Shown here in pieces: positions 25,681-38,164 of a DNA stretch of 64,000 nt (the first letter of the stretch is position 1; each line of letters opens with the position of its first letter). The stretch covers positions 1 to 64,000 of the forward strand of contig MU053065.1 in NCBI GenBank assembly GCA_013239625.1, written 5' to 3'. This stretch comes from Lama guanicoe (Eukaryota). Under the pieces are notes generated by a model. The model had not been told where the DNA came from. It made no database searches and saw nothing but the letters and a program-made list of their open reading frames with translations. The translations under genes were made by a program, and so were the position numbers.

Positions 25681-27353
25681 CTGTGGAAATACGGTTCAAC
25701 AGATCACTTATTTGCTGTAAGCTGAACCAATCAAGATGACCTTCCCAGTAAAAAGCTGAAACATTTTTAATAACAGAAGGAGACCTGACTCTTCCGGGAC
25801 AAGGCAGCAGATGAGGAACATGAGCCTTTGCAGTTTGTTATCAGGAAACACCCCTGAAGTCAGGCTCATGTCACCATAAACTCGGTGGCCGATGTGGCAC
25901 CAAGAAAACTGTAGCAGCACCCAAGCAATCGAGGTGCCTAAAAACACATAATTTCTGAGCTTTGGTTTAGTCTCAATTCCCTCATTAAACCTTTCCTAAG
26001 GGTTTTAAAAGGAAGCACGTGACAGGTTCACTAAGGCCAGGACTTTCAGTCAGGGTTCCTCCTGCGTGCGGAGTGGGGCCGCCGGAGACCCGACCCGCTG
26101 CTGTGCCTGGGGAAGCCAGCCACCTTCTCTGGGCCTCAGTTTCCTCATCCTTAGAACAAAGGGCCTGAAACAAGGCATACAGAAGCTCCCACAGACTGAG
26201 TGCCCCGCGGTTCTCTAACTTCACAGCGGTGAAAACCACAGTATTATGTACTTAAGTAAGAGCTGTAACTGGCCACTTAGCTACGAACAGGCCCAGAACA
26301 CTGACGCAGCAGGTCAGCGTCAGTGCCGAGCAGCCACGACGTCGGTTCAGACGCAGTCGGGGACGCGTGCTGCAGTCCGCGGTACAAACCCTGCTCCCTG
26401 CTCTGGGCGCTGCGGGCTGAGGAAGCCTGCGCGTCAGGCCGGCATCCAAGAAGCCCCCAAGTCCACTCCCTCCTGTCACTCCGACACCAGCTTACCTTTT
26501 AACCTCTGAGCACACTGACACTCCCCCCACTCTCTCTCCTCCTCTGTCCAACCAAGATGAAACCTGATCTCACTCTGTAGGACAGTCCCAGGTACACCCC
26601 GGAGTGAGACTATTTCTCCTCATTTTGAAATAAGAGCCATAATCCACACAACTAATTTGACAAGTACGTAATACTCTGATGCCTCTAGGACAGTTTTCAC
26701 CCGTTACAATTAATATTGTTTACCTTTTCATGCTTGTCTGCTCGCTGAACTGAGAACTCCTTGTCTTTCCCTGGTTCCCCCCAAACAACTTGTAGACAGT
26801 AGGATTTTAACTATCATTAGTATTTAAAACAGAACAGAGCCTGAGGAACCATTCTAACCCATCTTTTGAAACCTAAGAAGACAAGTCAGCATAACCAGTA
26901 ACGGCTTGATGAAATGCTGACCGGCACGAACACCGGGCCCTGCACGTGACCGCAGCAGCAGCAGCAGCTTGGCTCACTGGCCGCGGGGGCTTTGGTCCAC
27001 TCTGCCCACATGAGGAGCCGCGACGGAACTGCAGATAGAGAGACAGGCTAAAGAGGGCACCCTCCACGCAAAGGTGGAAGGGAAGCCAGAGCAGTGCAAG
27101 CTCTCGCTTATACTGAGAAAGTGGCGCCAAATTGTGTGTGAGTACCCACTCTGCGCGCTCAGCTCAAATTCTCAGCAACACTGAATTACAACATTTATCT
27201 GTTTAGATCTTAACTAAGGAAGTCTCATCTAGACATGTTTAATGTATGTAAAGAAAAGAGCACAAACACCAAGAAATAAGTAGAGATGAAGGCCAGAGAG
27301 TCTGAGTCAGGCCTCCTGCTTTCTGATCACCCTAGGCCTCCGTGACTACTCAC

Positions 27354-27717
27354 CGTGGGACCGAATCTACGGAGGGTGAGGACGGGACCTTGGAAACTTG
27401 ACAGTTTGCTGCGGCAGCCAGCTTTAAGGCAGACGATGGCACAGCACTTAAAGTCCTGGGTATATGTCGTGCATTTATAGGGGCAATAGAGTTTACAGTG
27501 GCAACTGATGAAGGTACAGTCAATCGAATGTTGTTCCCAATCAGAACCTGAGTTGGTGCAGAGTTGGCAGCAGTCACCTGGTGACTCGGCGCGCTGTGGG
27601 GCCCTGGAGTCTGGGTCAGGCTTGCCGGCTGCAACAACGCCGAGGCCGCCGTCGACGGGCTCGTGTGGACAAGCGCTGCAGGCGCCGCACTGCCGAGGTG
27701 TAGGCCCTTGTACACGC
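27354..27717 (-). CDS. EPC1: EPC1 exon 14 (364 nt): VYKGLHLGSAAPAALVHTSPS...KVPSSPSVDSVPR
   Basis: ccgcag|GCGTGT ... CCCACG|gtgagt; ORF 27350..27715. Confidence 0.96.
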
Positions 27718-27804
27718 CTGCGGGGAAGAAAGGACAACTCTCTGGTTTGCCTCAGACGCGGGTTACAAATCTCAGCAAACCACTGTGAGCGCCCCTGTCC
27801 TCAC

Positions 27805-27946
27805 CTGAAGCTGGAAGGACGCCGTTCACCCCAATTCCAAGCACCACGTCATCCTTCATCTTGAATCCCATCAGCTGCTCTGACGTCACCAAAGCAGAAG
27901 CGGCGAACTGAGCACTAGCAGAATCCAAAGTCTTGGAGACAAAACC
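27805..27946 (-). CDS. EPC1: EPC1 exon 13 (142 nt): GFVSKTLDSASAQFAASALVTSEQLMGFKMKDDVVLGIGVNGVLPAS(G)
   Basis: ttgcag|GGTTTT ... CTTCAG|gtgagg; ORF 27752..27979. Confidence 0.96.
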
Positions 27947-28752
27947 CTGCAAAGAAAACAAAACCAATCTCATCAGCATCAGTCAGCCTCAAACTGATGT
28001 TAAAGCCACACAGGTCTACCAAAACCAGTCTGACTGTAAGTCAGAGTGACAGACCACTGGAGTATCTTCATCCCTCTGACAGTCATAAACCTGATCGGTG
28101 TCCAAGCAACCCTGTAACTCAAGGATTACGAATTCTGATCTTCTTATGTGATAACACACATAAACCTTTTATAACATGGAAACAGTGAACCTCCAATGCA
28201 AAGTACTGGAGAAGAAACATGCTAGGCAAAACATTTCGGTGATTTGCGATGAATCAATGAATGAAAAAATGCACATAATGAATAAATGAGTACGTAAACT
28301 TCGTTCACCTGACCTACACCCACATACACACAGAACCAAAGGCACCTTTGGGACAGTAAGATAACCATCCTTTTAGAACAGAAGTTACACACATCACATC
28401 CTAACTCAGCCTAGAAATTAAGAAGCCCCTTGAATTTTTTTAAAGGATTTTTTTCCTTTGAGATGCTTAGAGGCGCAAATCTCAGCCTTAAGTAAGCCTT
28501 AAATATGCTTAAAAATGGCAAACATTTATCATGCTTTAGGTTTAAAAGTGATTTCTTTTATTAGTCAAAGAGGCTATTTTAGTGTGACATTTAAAATAAT
28601 TAAGGTTCCCCATATAATGAGCTGGGTGGGGTTGTTGAGGAAAGAGGTACCTTTACAGACTGCAGCCCAGACTGCAGGATGGGGCTCCGCCTGCCGTGAC
28701 CGTGCTTTTCAGTTTCACGTGTTAAACCCGGGAGCACCCCTCCCATGCTCAC

Positions 28753-28838
28753 CTGTCGTGCTCTTTTTAAACCCTGCACAGAATGGCTATAATGGAGATT
28801 CAGGCGAAGGCCACGTTCCTGCTGGTTAGATGCAGGCT
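28753..28838 (-). other. EPC1: EPC1 alternative exon 12 homolog (86 nt from the CAG acceptor, frameshifting; 84 nt from the adjacent GAG, in frame)
   Basis: tcacag|AGCCTGCATCTAACCAGCAG...GCACGACAG|gtgagc. One frame reads ASNQQERGLRLNLHYSHSVQGLKRARQ, resembling the human long-isoform insert NLASNQQKSGFRLNIQGLERTLQ (recalled). Confidence 0.75.
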
Positions 28839-28918
28839 CTGTGACGAAGGCTGGTGATCAGAGATGAATTCCGGTGGGAAACAACGAGGGGTAACCGCCA
28901 AGACAGACAGCTGCTCAC

Positions 28919-29037
28919 CTGTGGAGTGCTGGCAGCGGAGCTGCTGCTGGCTTGCTGCTGCTGAATCTGTGCGAGCTGCTGCTTCTGCATCAGTGCCAGC
29001 TGCTGCTGATGGTGCTGGTACTGCTCGGCTGTAAACG
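28919..29037 (-). CDS. EPC1: EPC1 exon 11 (119 nt): AFTAEQYQHHQQQLALMQKQQLAQIQQQQASSSSAASTPQ (Gln-rich)
   Basis: gttcag|CGTTTA ... CCACAG|gtgagc; ORF 28826..29101. Confidence 0.96.
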
Positions 29038-32000
29038 CTGAACACAGAAGAGAAAACGCTTTACAAAAACGCACAGCCATCACACACATCTTGCAATACA
29101 CTGAAACAGATCAGCATTTAAAAAAATACGTGTGCAAAATTAAAGCATTTTAGCATTCTGCTTTATAAAGATCACTTTCAAATGAAAATTTCAGCAGTTT
29201 TATAACCACACTTAACAAGAGTGGCTTGAGTTTAAAGAAAAACAAAATTAAACTTTCTGAGTTACACATAGGAAAGAGAGGTGCTCACTTCCCACGATTC
29301 AAAACCATTATCTTTGTAAGCTGTGACCCTCGGGCTGGCTTGCGTAAAAGGTAATACCAGCTTTTTTTTAAATCCACGTAACTGAAATTCAACTTGGCAC
29401 TGAGCTTGAGAAGAAACCTGACAATTACCATCTGGTTTCTAGTTCGCTCATCTTACTGTCCCAGTGGTTCAGACGATCCCTAGCTGTTCTCTGCATAAAT
29501 ACGTAACTGCTCGACACACTTCCTGACTTCAGTCATTACAAACATTTCCTTTATATGAAACACAAAGTTGTTGGGTTATTACCTTTTTCTTTTCTAATTA
29601 AAAGAACCCATCCTTTAAGTTTAACAGGAAGAAAAGAGGATCCAAAGGTTAATTAATTTCCCCACCCAATTAACCCACCTGGAAAAAATCCAGTCAATAA
29701 GAACGGAGTGGTTTATGTTGGTTACTGTACAGAATGATGTCTGAGGAAAGACACTGTGTTATGCTACTTATGTTTGTCTATGGAGAGCTCAGTTCTAAAA
29801 AAAACAAACAAAAAAATGTTCATTTATTACCCCCCAAAAAAGTGTGTGCAGTTTTTAAAAAAGGAAACCTTTTTTCTTTTTTTTTTCTTTGCCAATTTAA
29901 AAAAAAGCAAAAAAAAGAGCACATACAATCACAACATGACTTTACAGGCTTCTTTAAGAAGCCTGTGACGTTTGGGTAAGAATTATTTCAAAACAATTAA
30001 AAAAAAAGGGTTATCATGCACCCCTGGGTATTAGGGAATCTACAAATCATGCATATTTGCTCCATCTAACGTTTAATGCTTTCAAAATACTGTCAGCTAA
30101 TTTGTTACTGTCTTTAATTGCATTTTGATAATTTAGTTAGAACATTACTTCACCAAGTTTTATAATTTTCATTTAGCGCTCACGAAGAATCTTTCTCTCC
30201 CAGGATACGGCTTCTGCCTAGGACAATTGCAGAATGTTCAGACAGATGTTAGGTAGAAATTCTAATATATTCTGAATGGATCAGAAAACTGTGAAATAAC
30301 ATTTAAGAAAACTCCAGGTGTTATCAGTATTCACACAGGCTCTTATTCTTGAGCTGAACTAATTTCTTGGGCTAAAAAGGCAAAAAATAAGTTGTTGGAG
30401 AAATTCTATTATTCATCTTCTTATTTTGGGTGTTACAAATCTGTTTAGTTGATATCTGTCCTTTGATGAGTTTCTTTTCCTACCATGTTTGTAATCCTTG
30501 GATCTGAATTCTACAGGAAGACTTTTATTGATAATAGGATAGTCCCTAAATATTGACATTAAAGTAACTTTGTCAACATGACCATTTCCACGTAACAGAA
30601 ATGTGTTAAATCAGAACTTGAAGAAAATTAAATTTAAAAAATGCTGCTGCTCTGAAAGAGTGTTTATAATCAACATAATATTTATCTTTATATTTAAAAA
30701 AATCTATGAAAAGCAGTTGTTTAAAACTACAGATCTTTAACTTACTAGTTCAGCTAATATATTTTTGAAATTTATACTTTAATTTTCTAAGTTTGAGTGA
30801 GTTACTTAAATCTTGAATTTCCTCTTGAGATGCTTAGTAAACTTTTAAAAACAAAAAAAGGACTGTTTCTGGAAGGTCGTATCATTATACACCTAGAAAA
30901 TAATTTAGCATTCACTATAAAAATCTATATACAAAACTCCATTTATATAAGTGAAAATATTCTTTCATCTAATTTTGCCTGGGTCAGTGTGTTCTAATAA
31001 AAAAACAGCAATATTAAATTGGAAATCAATTTGAATAAAGGTTCCAAATATTTTTGCTCTATTTAAATCAACATTTTAATCCTCAGTCTCTGAAGGTTTT
31101 ATAAATTTCACTTTTTGAACAACTGTTAACTTCCTCCTAATACAGATTTAGAAATAAAAATGCAACTGACTTTTTAGATCCTGAACACTCATCAGATTTT
31201 AGATCCCCAAGTCAGACTATTTCTTACCTCTCTCTATGCTCCAGAGCCTGGTTATGAAAACTCCCCTGAACATTTCTGATAAATGTTCCAGAAGAAACAC
31301 ACAGAGCAATGTGTAAGCTAGAAGCGATGGTAATAAAACCATGGGTCTCGGGGCCAAGAGAGCCTGATTTTTTCTAAGTTCTCAGCTCTGTCATGACCAG
31401 CGGAGCAAACGTGAGCAAGTGACATAATAATCTTTTGGGGCTCAGTACGTTCATTCCAAAATACAAGAGAGATTAAAATAGCTGATCATGAAAGCCCTTA
31501 AGCTGTAAGAAGCTGAAAAGGAGACGACCTTGGATATGACTGTACTTCGAAGTCCAACGAAATGCTAAATGGGAATAAACAAAGATGACCATATTCCCCT
31601 AAATTTCTATCACGGCAGAAAGTTTTTAGGTCGTATGTCTATCTCCAGATGGGGCGTAGTAGTCAGGTTTGCAATTTACACAAAGACAGGCAGGCTGATT
31701 CTGTGGACAGATCACCAAGCCTAGAATCAGAATCATTTCACAGAACCAAAAAACTTCAGATCAGGAGGGATGCTTGGCGATTTCTTCCTACCACCTCACA
31801 CTCGAGATGAAGAACCTGTCATCCGAGGTCACGAAGATACTGAGTAGTGAAAAGGGTTTGGAACAAACCCTCCCCCAAACCAATGAGATTTTAAATATAT
31901 ATATAAAAAATAGACAAAAGTTTGTTTGAGATTTAATACTGTTCACAAAAAATTATCAAACTTTTTACGTGTCAACAGTATGCATCAAGTGCTTTCACAG

Positions 32001-35000
32001 GAATCTCAGGCCCAGACCACCTGACAGGCAGGACTCCGGGAGGGAGAAGAGCCAGGGGCTGAGGGAGGAGGGCATGGACAAGGTGACAAGCTGAGAACAG
32101 GGAAGGGCGGGCCAGGACTTCAGGCATGTGGAGGCCACTACGATGATGGAGCTCAGGAAACCCAACAGTGTGCCTCCGGGACACACAGGACCTGTGCGTT
32201 TACACGTTTAAGGAGGCAGCTTTTGTTCGACGGACAAACTTTCTAAACGAGATTCCCAGCTGGAGAACAACCTGATCTAGGAAGTTGCTGGATTTTAATT
32301 TGCCCCGGAGGTGTCTAGGCAGAGGTCAGATACTACTGTTGCTTTGGGAGCTTCTAACAATTCTCTGGGGTAGGAATTTAGATGAAATAATCTACGACTT
32401 CACGAGTCCACTTCTTATGCAAGGACCCAGTATGCGGGACACCAGCACCTGCAACAGCCTGAGTTCAGGCTGCTGCCCTTTAAGTCACGTTCCCGAAGCA
32501 GGAGTGGACGGGGTGGGCCCACTAAAACAAACTATTTGAAAACTCAGTTTCAGAAGATGGATTCTAGATTACTAAAATGTGTATTTCTTATAAAAACAAA
32601 AACAAAACCCAACAAACCCAAACCCCTATTTCAAAAGATGCTCCACAATGAGAAGTTCCTTTGAGCAGTACACAGGGAGAAAACTATCTTAATACAAAAA
32701 AAAGGGTACCTTTAAAGAAATATAAACTGAAATGACTGCAGACAGTAATGTGACCCCCTAATCAGCTTGAATTGACAATTTGGAGGTTCATAAGTGCTTA
32801 TAAGTTACCTAAAAAACCAATCTGTGAAAACAAATCTTTATTACAATTCATTTGATAGCAAATTATGGCCAAGTCTGTATCATTTGACTGCAAGTGATTT
32901 GAACATGAGATTATCTGTGGTCAACTTTCCGCTCAGTGTGGACACTGCTGCACGTCACATAGCTGTAAAAGCATGACTGTATCTGACTACGGGCGCTGCT
33001 CCAGACTCTGCTGAACGTGTGATTCTCATTCTGAAACACATCTGGTTAAGGATTAAGGTCCCACAGAATGACAAAGTCTAACAATGAGAATATTCAACGT
33101 TCAAATCTAGAGTTCCTTTCCCACAGCACTTAGAAAAGTGACTGAAAGTGCTGATGAAATTTCACTGGGAATTCAAATCCTGAACATATTAGGGTCATTT
33201 AAAAATCATTTTTCTGTTTTTAGTCTTTCTGAGTTACAGAGTACATTCTAATTATGGAAAAAAGGTATGAATTCTGAATCTGATACCCCCCAAACTCAAA
33301 CACATGCAAATGAATATTAGTTGCTGAACAAACACTAAGTTTTCAAAGGTGTTTTTGTAGATTAAACAACATCAAAAAAATGTATTTGGAAACTGTCCAA
33401 ATCACGTATTAATTAAAGACTATTCAAAATACACAATTTACCCTTAAGTACTAGAAAGCAGCCCTAGAGATTTTAACGCTGTGTCATTCTGCCGCGCAGC
33501 ATCCAGAGGACCGAGCACTGCAGCGCCAGACTAACCAGGCCTCCACTCGGTCGCACAACCGTGCAAAACGGACAAGACTGGGAAGGCAGCAGACAGACTC
33601 AGAGCAGCTCGATCAGAGGCGACAAAAGCTGGTGTGCTCAACTCGTGCCCTTCACCAAAAATGATGGGCTCACGATACCCTCATTTAGAAACTCCTACTT
33701 GAACGTGAGAACCGGCCCTTATGGAGGATTATTCAGAAAAGGAAAAATCAGTCCAGAGGGCACCACTATGTCAACGGCACACATGTAAACACTAGCATTT
33801 AAAACAATTACAGAATAATCAAAAATGGCTGAATCAAAACCCACATATCTGGCCAGAGCAGCAGGCAAGTTCCCCAGCTGACCTGCAGGGCATGTAACGG
33901 CTAAGTTCTGAAGTCGGCACAATAGAAAACTAAGCCCTGAAGACTCCGTCAGCGTGTCCGTGAGAGACCCACCTCCTTCCAAGCCCACACAGCCCACCTT
34001 CCTCTGATAGCAGACTAGATCGGAGTGTCTGCGGCTGAATACCAGGTTCGTATTTGGGGGCTACGCTACATGAGAAAACCTATCTTTAGAAGAACTACAG
34101 TGACATGGATGGAGGCAAGATGGCAGCAGCGCGAAGCAACAGCACAGGCAGCGGCGCCGCAAGGGGGACGGGGCCCGTGGAGGCCCGCTCGTTCAGGACA
34201 GCTGTGTTCACAGGCTTGTCTAACGTCTGAACTGCTAAAATTCTAATTTTTTCTCCACAGGCCTACAGTTGAATTCACTTAAGTTAAAGGTATATACAGT
34301 ATGAGTCGACTGCTCAATACTTTATATAGAGCACGAAGATAGAGCTTTAGGTTTCTGGAACATTCACAAACATGAAGAATAGAGCGTTACCCTAGAGCAA
34401 TCTGCAGGTTTCCATTCTGTAAGAAGATCTAGTAAAATTTAAGGGAAAAATTGAAAACAATGAAATGCAGCAGGAAAAAAACTGATAAACCCATGTAAAA
34501 ACAGTATTATATATATAGGGGAAGGAAATGACTAAAAAAAATTAGTGTTACTAAAGAGTTTTTTCAGCTAAACTTTTGGTAATACTACTGTATGATGTTC
34601 ACCTTTCAGTATTCTCTGGCAAATACAAATCAAGTCAGTTTTACAATATCCAAGCTTAGGTCTACGTATTGCTGAACAATTTTCATACACGGATCATGAC
34701 AAATCCTTAGAATATTTACACAATTCAGCTTTAAGAGGTAGCAAAGGCAAGAAATGGATAGAACAAGCCAATTTTCTACGTGTGGTTGCAAAGAACTTTA
34801 AAAAACTGGAAAATATTTATCAGGGGAACACATTATAAGTTTATACTAAAATCTCTGCACTCACACCATACATAACTCCTCCTTCATACTGAAAAGTTCT
34901 TCATTTTGAATCTTAAGACTATAAAAGCAGAGAGAAACACTCTTCATGAAACAGACTCTGAAACTAATGGGATTATAAATAATTTGCTAGATTTCAGAAT

Positions 35001-35905
35001 AATTTAGATTATCTTCAACTTGATTTCTGAAACGTGATGATCTTTCTTATGAGGCCAAAGACTTCCATTTCATAGAAATACTTTATTTCTAACCACAAAG
35101 TACATTAAGTCTATGGAACCTTTCCTGGAGGTCTTTAAGAAGAAGAAGCATATTTTCATATTTACTAGGTTTAACTGTAGCCTTAGCAGACAGAGGGACA
35201 GATAAATACTATTACAGCCCTTTCAAAATCTATACTTGAATTATTTTTATAAAAATCTGTAGTAACATAATTTTAATAGTGAATTTCTATAACCTACATG
35301 CCTCAAACAACAGCTTTAAGATAGAAAACTAAAATTTGAGAATACTTTAAGGAGACAGCATTTATTTTAGACACATTTCACCATGTAGCCATAATGCTGA
35401 AGTAGGTATTACCTGAAAATGTCCCCAAATTTATTAAAATAATCTTTTAATTTAAATGTTTTTCTCTGAAAAATCAATTTCCCTCTTACAAATTATTTTG
35501 AATTACTGTGTCATCAGATAAGGCTTTGCACGTCTATCGACTTGCTGGTCTACTTTTAAGCAACCTAAGGAAAAGACCAGAAAAGTGTCCAAACATAATG
35601 CAGTATCAGTTTATGGTCCACTGTCTTTTCACATTACTTGTAAAGAGTTGAATTTTGTGGTTCTCAAAGGGTATCCAGGAAACAAACCTCCTACATTAAA
35701 TAACAGTGAACACCCTACGCATGTGGGCATGTTTAAATGAAGACACGTGTACAATCAGGACTCAAATAAATACTTAAACATAGATTTAAAAAAACTACTA
35801 CTAAGAGAAAGGGACTTCTAGCGCTAAGTATAAGAGGCCACACACTCAAAACCTTGATGAACCGGGCGCTGCCACGGAAACACACCTCGTAATGAACGAA
35901 CATAC

Positions 35906-36258
35906 CGAAGTGAGCCGCGCCGCCGCCGCTCTTACTCTGCGTGGAGGTACTGCATGTCTGGGTCCCGGGCGGTGCTGTTCCTATTCGGTTCACACTCCTA
36001 TACAGTTTTCTACAGGAGAGTTCATCATTGTCACTGTCATGTAGGGACAGTGTCCGAGGCCTGAAGTGTCGCCATCTACATGATTTGATATTGACTAGTA
36101 TCTGACTGAGGTCTTTAGAGAAAGATGTGTCCGAGGTATTTGTTTCTGAGGTATTGGCAAACTGATTGACTGGAGAACGCTGTGGAGAGGAAAGCATTTC
36201 CAAGTCCAGATGGCGAAACACACTGTCATAGTCTGAGTGAGCTCTGTCCAGCAAGACC
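35906..36258 (-). CDS. EPC1: EPC1 exon 10 (353 nt): VLLDRAHSDYDSVFRHLD...CRWRHFRPRT...SKSGGGAAHF
   Basis: tgatag|GGTCTT ... CTTCG|gtatgt; ORF 35733..36302. Confidence 0.96.
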
Positions 36259-36428
36259 CTATCAAAGTAATGCAGAAACACACGTGTAAAACAGCTGTTC
36301 AAAAATCATACAAACAACGCTTCTCTTTCTCTCCCCAACTCCCAAAAAGCCATCTCATACTGGATATTTAAAAGCTTTAAATTTGGTTATTTCAGTATTT
36401 GGTTCTATGGGCTAAAATCTCAATTTCT

Positions 36429-36530
36429 TTTTCTTTTTTTTTTTTTTTAATACAGGTACTGGGGATTGAACCCGGGGCCTTGTGCATGCTAAGCACACGC
36501 TCTACCACTGAGCTACACTCTCATTTCCCC
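36429..36530 (-). mobile_element. tRNA-Ala-derived SINE in EPC1 intron 9
   Basis: Perfect 13-bp TSD aatctcaatttct at 36416-36428 and 36531-36543. Confidence 0.92.
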
Positions 36531-37811
36531 AATCTCAATTTCTGATAAAGGTTCTTTGACTTTATAATGATCCGACTAAAGAAGGAAGTAATCACCTTAG
36601 AAAATAAGGTGTCCATTTTACAACAAGCAGCAAGTCTCCTAACCCTTCTACAGGTTGGCCTAACAGTGTGTCACTGACACTGGACAGGAGAATTTGATTT
36701 TTCACTTCCATTACAAAGCACCAAAACACTTCATGAAATATTGCTAACCTATCTGTTCTTCATTTAAGCAAAAACTTAATTTTTTTTTAGGGGGGGTAGG
36801 TAGGAGAAAAGCAGTAAGAGGTATGCATTCCATGGATATTTCACATCATTAAAATTTCTTGCAGACAAAATAACTCAGCCACTACTTACTCTCGAGGATA
36901 TATTTTCGTGTTACGTATGTATGTAAACTTTATAAATGACTCCATCTTAGAATAATAATGCTGATTAATGCTAGTAAGAATAAAATATAGCCAACAGAGA
37001 ATTTTCACTACTACTGATGTCAGCATAATGATGGGACTGGAAGTGTTCTATAAAATGTCTTAGTGCCTGGATAATTCTAAACTAAGGATTAAGTGATTAA
37101 AAGTTGCAATTAAAATTCAAAAACGAAAGTAATGTATGCATAAGCCATTAATTTACCATAAATTATATCCTTAGGCTTCTTCCTGAAAGCACCTTGATAT
37201 TGTCTCTTTTGCCTTTGATTTTTTTTTGATTTTTTTTTGACATTATACATGGGTGTCTTTCTTTTTCTTTGCTTTTCTGTGTTCTGAGATTTCTTCTCTG
37301 CCCTACACCTTCACAGAAAGACACCTGGAGCACGAAGGACTTCCACCAGGTTTAAACGAAGGAAGTGCTGGCAAACTGGATGTCAAGATCAGGTCCCGCA
37401 GCCTTTCCACAGATGAGTTAAACAGCTCAGTATTTATATGACGTTTCTTGGCCTATTTTATCCTCTCCCCCCAGAACTCCTAAAACAATTCTGTGTGGTT
37501 TTTTCAACTTAATTTATACAGTCATGTTTAACCCTTGCCTTCATCTGCTGCCTTTTCTCAGAATTCTACCTCTGAGGATAGATATCTGAGGTTTCCAGTC
37601 TTGGGAAGAAAAGCAGACCCACTAGGGAACTCTTAGTTACGCACAAAAAGCTCTTGTGTAAGAAACAGCAAAGTGGCAAAGTGTTTCAGTCAAGAAACTC
37701 AGCGAACAGCAGGCGGGAACAAGTGAGCTGCTCAGAAGGACTACCTCACCTTAAATGTCAGATGGTTGCCCCACCTGAACCCCCTGCGCCAGGAGCGCAG
37801 AAGCGCCTTAC

Positions 37812-37960
37812 CTCCCTCCGCGCCCCAGCCGCCTACGTGCGAAGCCGATGCACCTGCGGGGCACGGTCAGGGTCGTCAGGCAGTATCGGTAACGCGCGTC
37901 CCCGAGGCCCCCATCTGCAGGGCTCGTCCAAGGCCAGTTGCCAGTTTGGTCTAAGTGAGG
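37812..37960 (-). CDS. EPC1: EPC1 exon 9 (149 nt): PHLDQTGNWPWTSPADGGLGDARYRYCLTTLTVPRRCIGFARRRLGRGGR (EPcB region)
   Basis: tttaag|CCTCAC ... GGGAG|gtaagg; ORF 37808..38008. Confidence 0.96.
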
Positions 37961-38042
37961 CTTAAAAAGAAAAATCCCAATTATTTCGTTTTGCCAGGCA
38001 AAAACCAACAGTCTGTGCTTAGAAAGAGAAACGTAAACTTAC

Positions 38043-38132
38043 AGCGTAGTACTGACAGCCTGCCTTCCTGCGGAAAGCAAAGGGGCCGTCGGGGTCGTTC
38101 TCTTCCTCCGCTTCCGAGGAGCCAGACAACAC
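38043..38132 (-). CDS. EPC1: EPC1 exon 8 (90 nt): VLSGSSEAEEENDPDGPFAFRRKAGCQYYA
   Basis: gttgaaag|GTGTTG ... TACGCT|gtaagt. Confidence 0.95.
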
Positions 38133-38164
38133 CTTTCAACAGAAAGATGGAGTCAGGCACAGGC

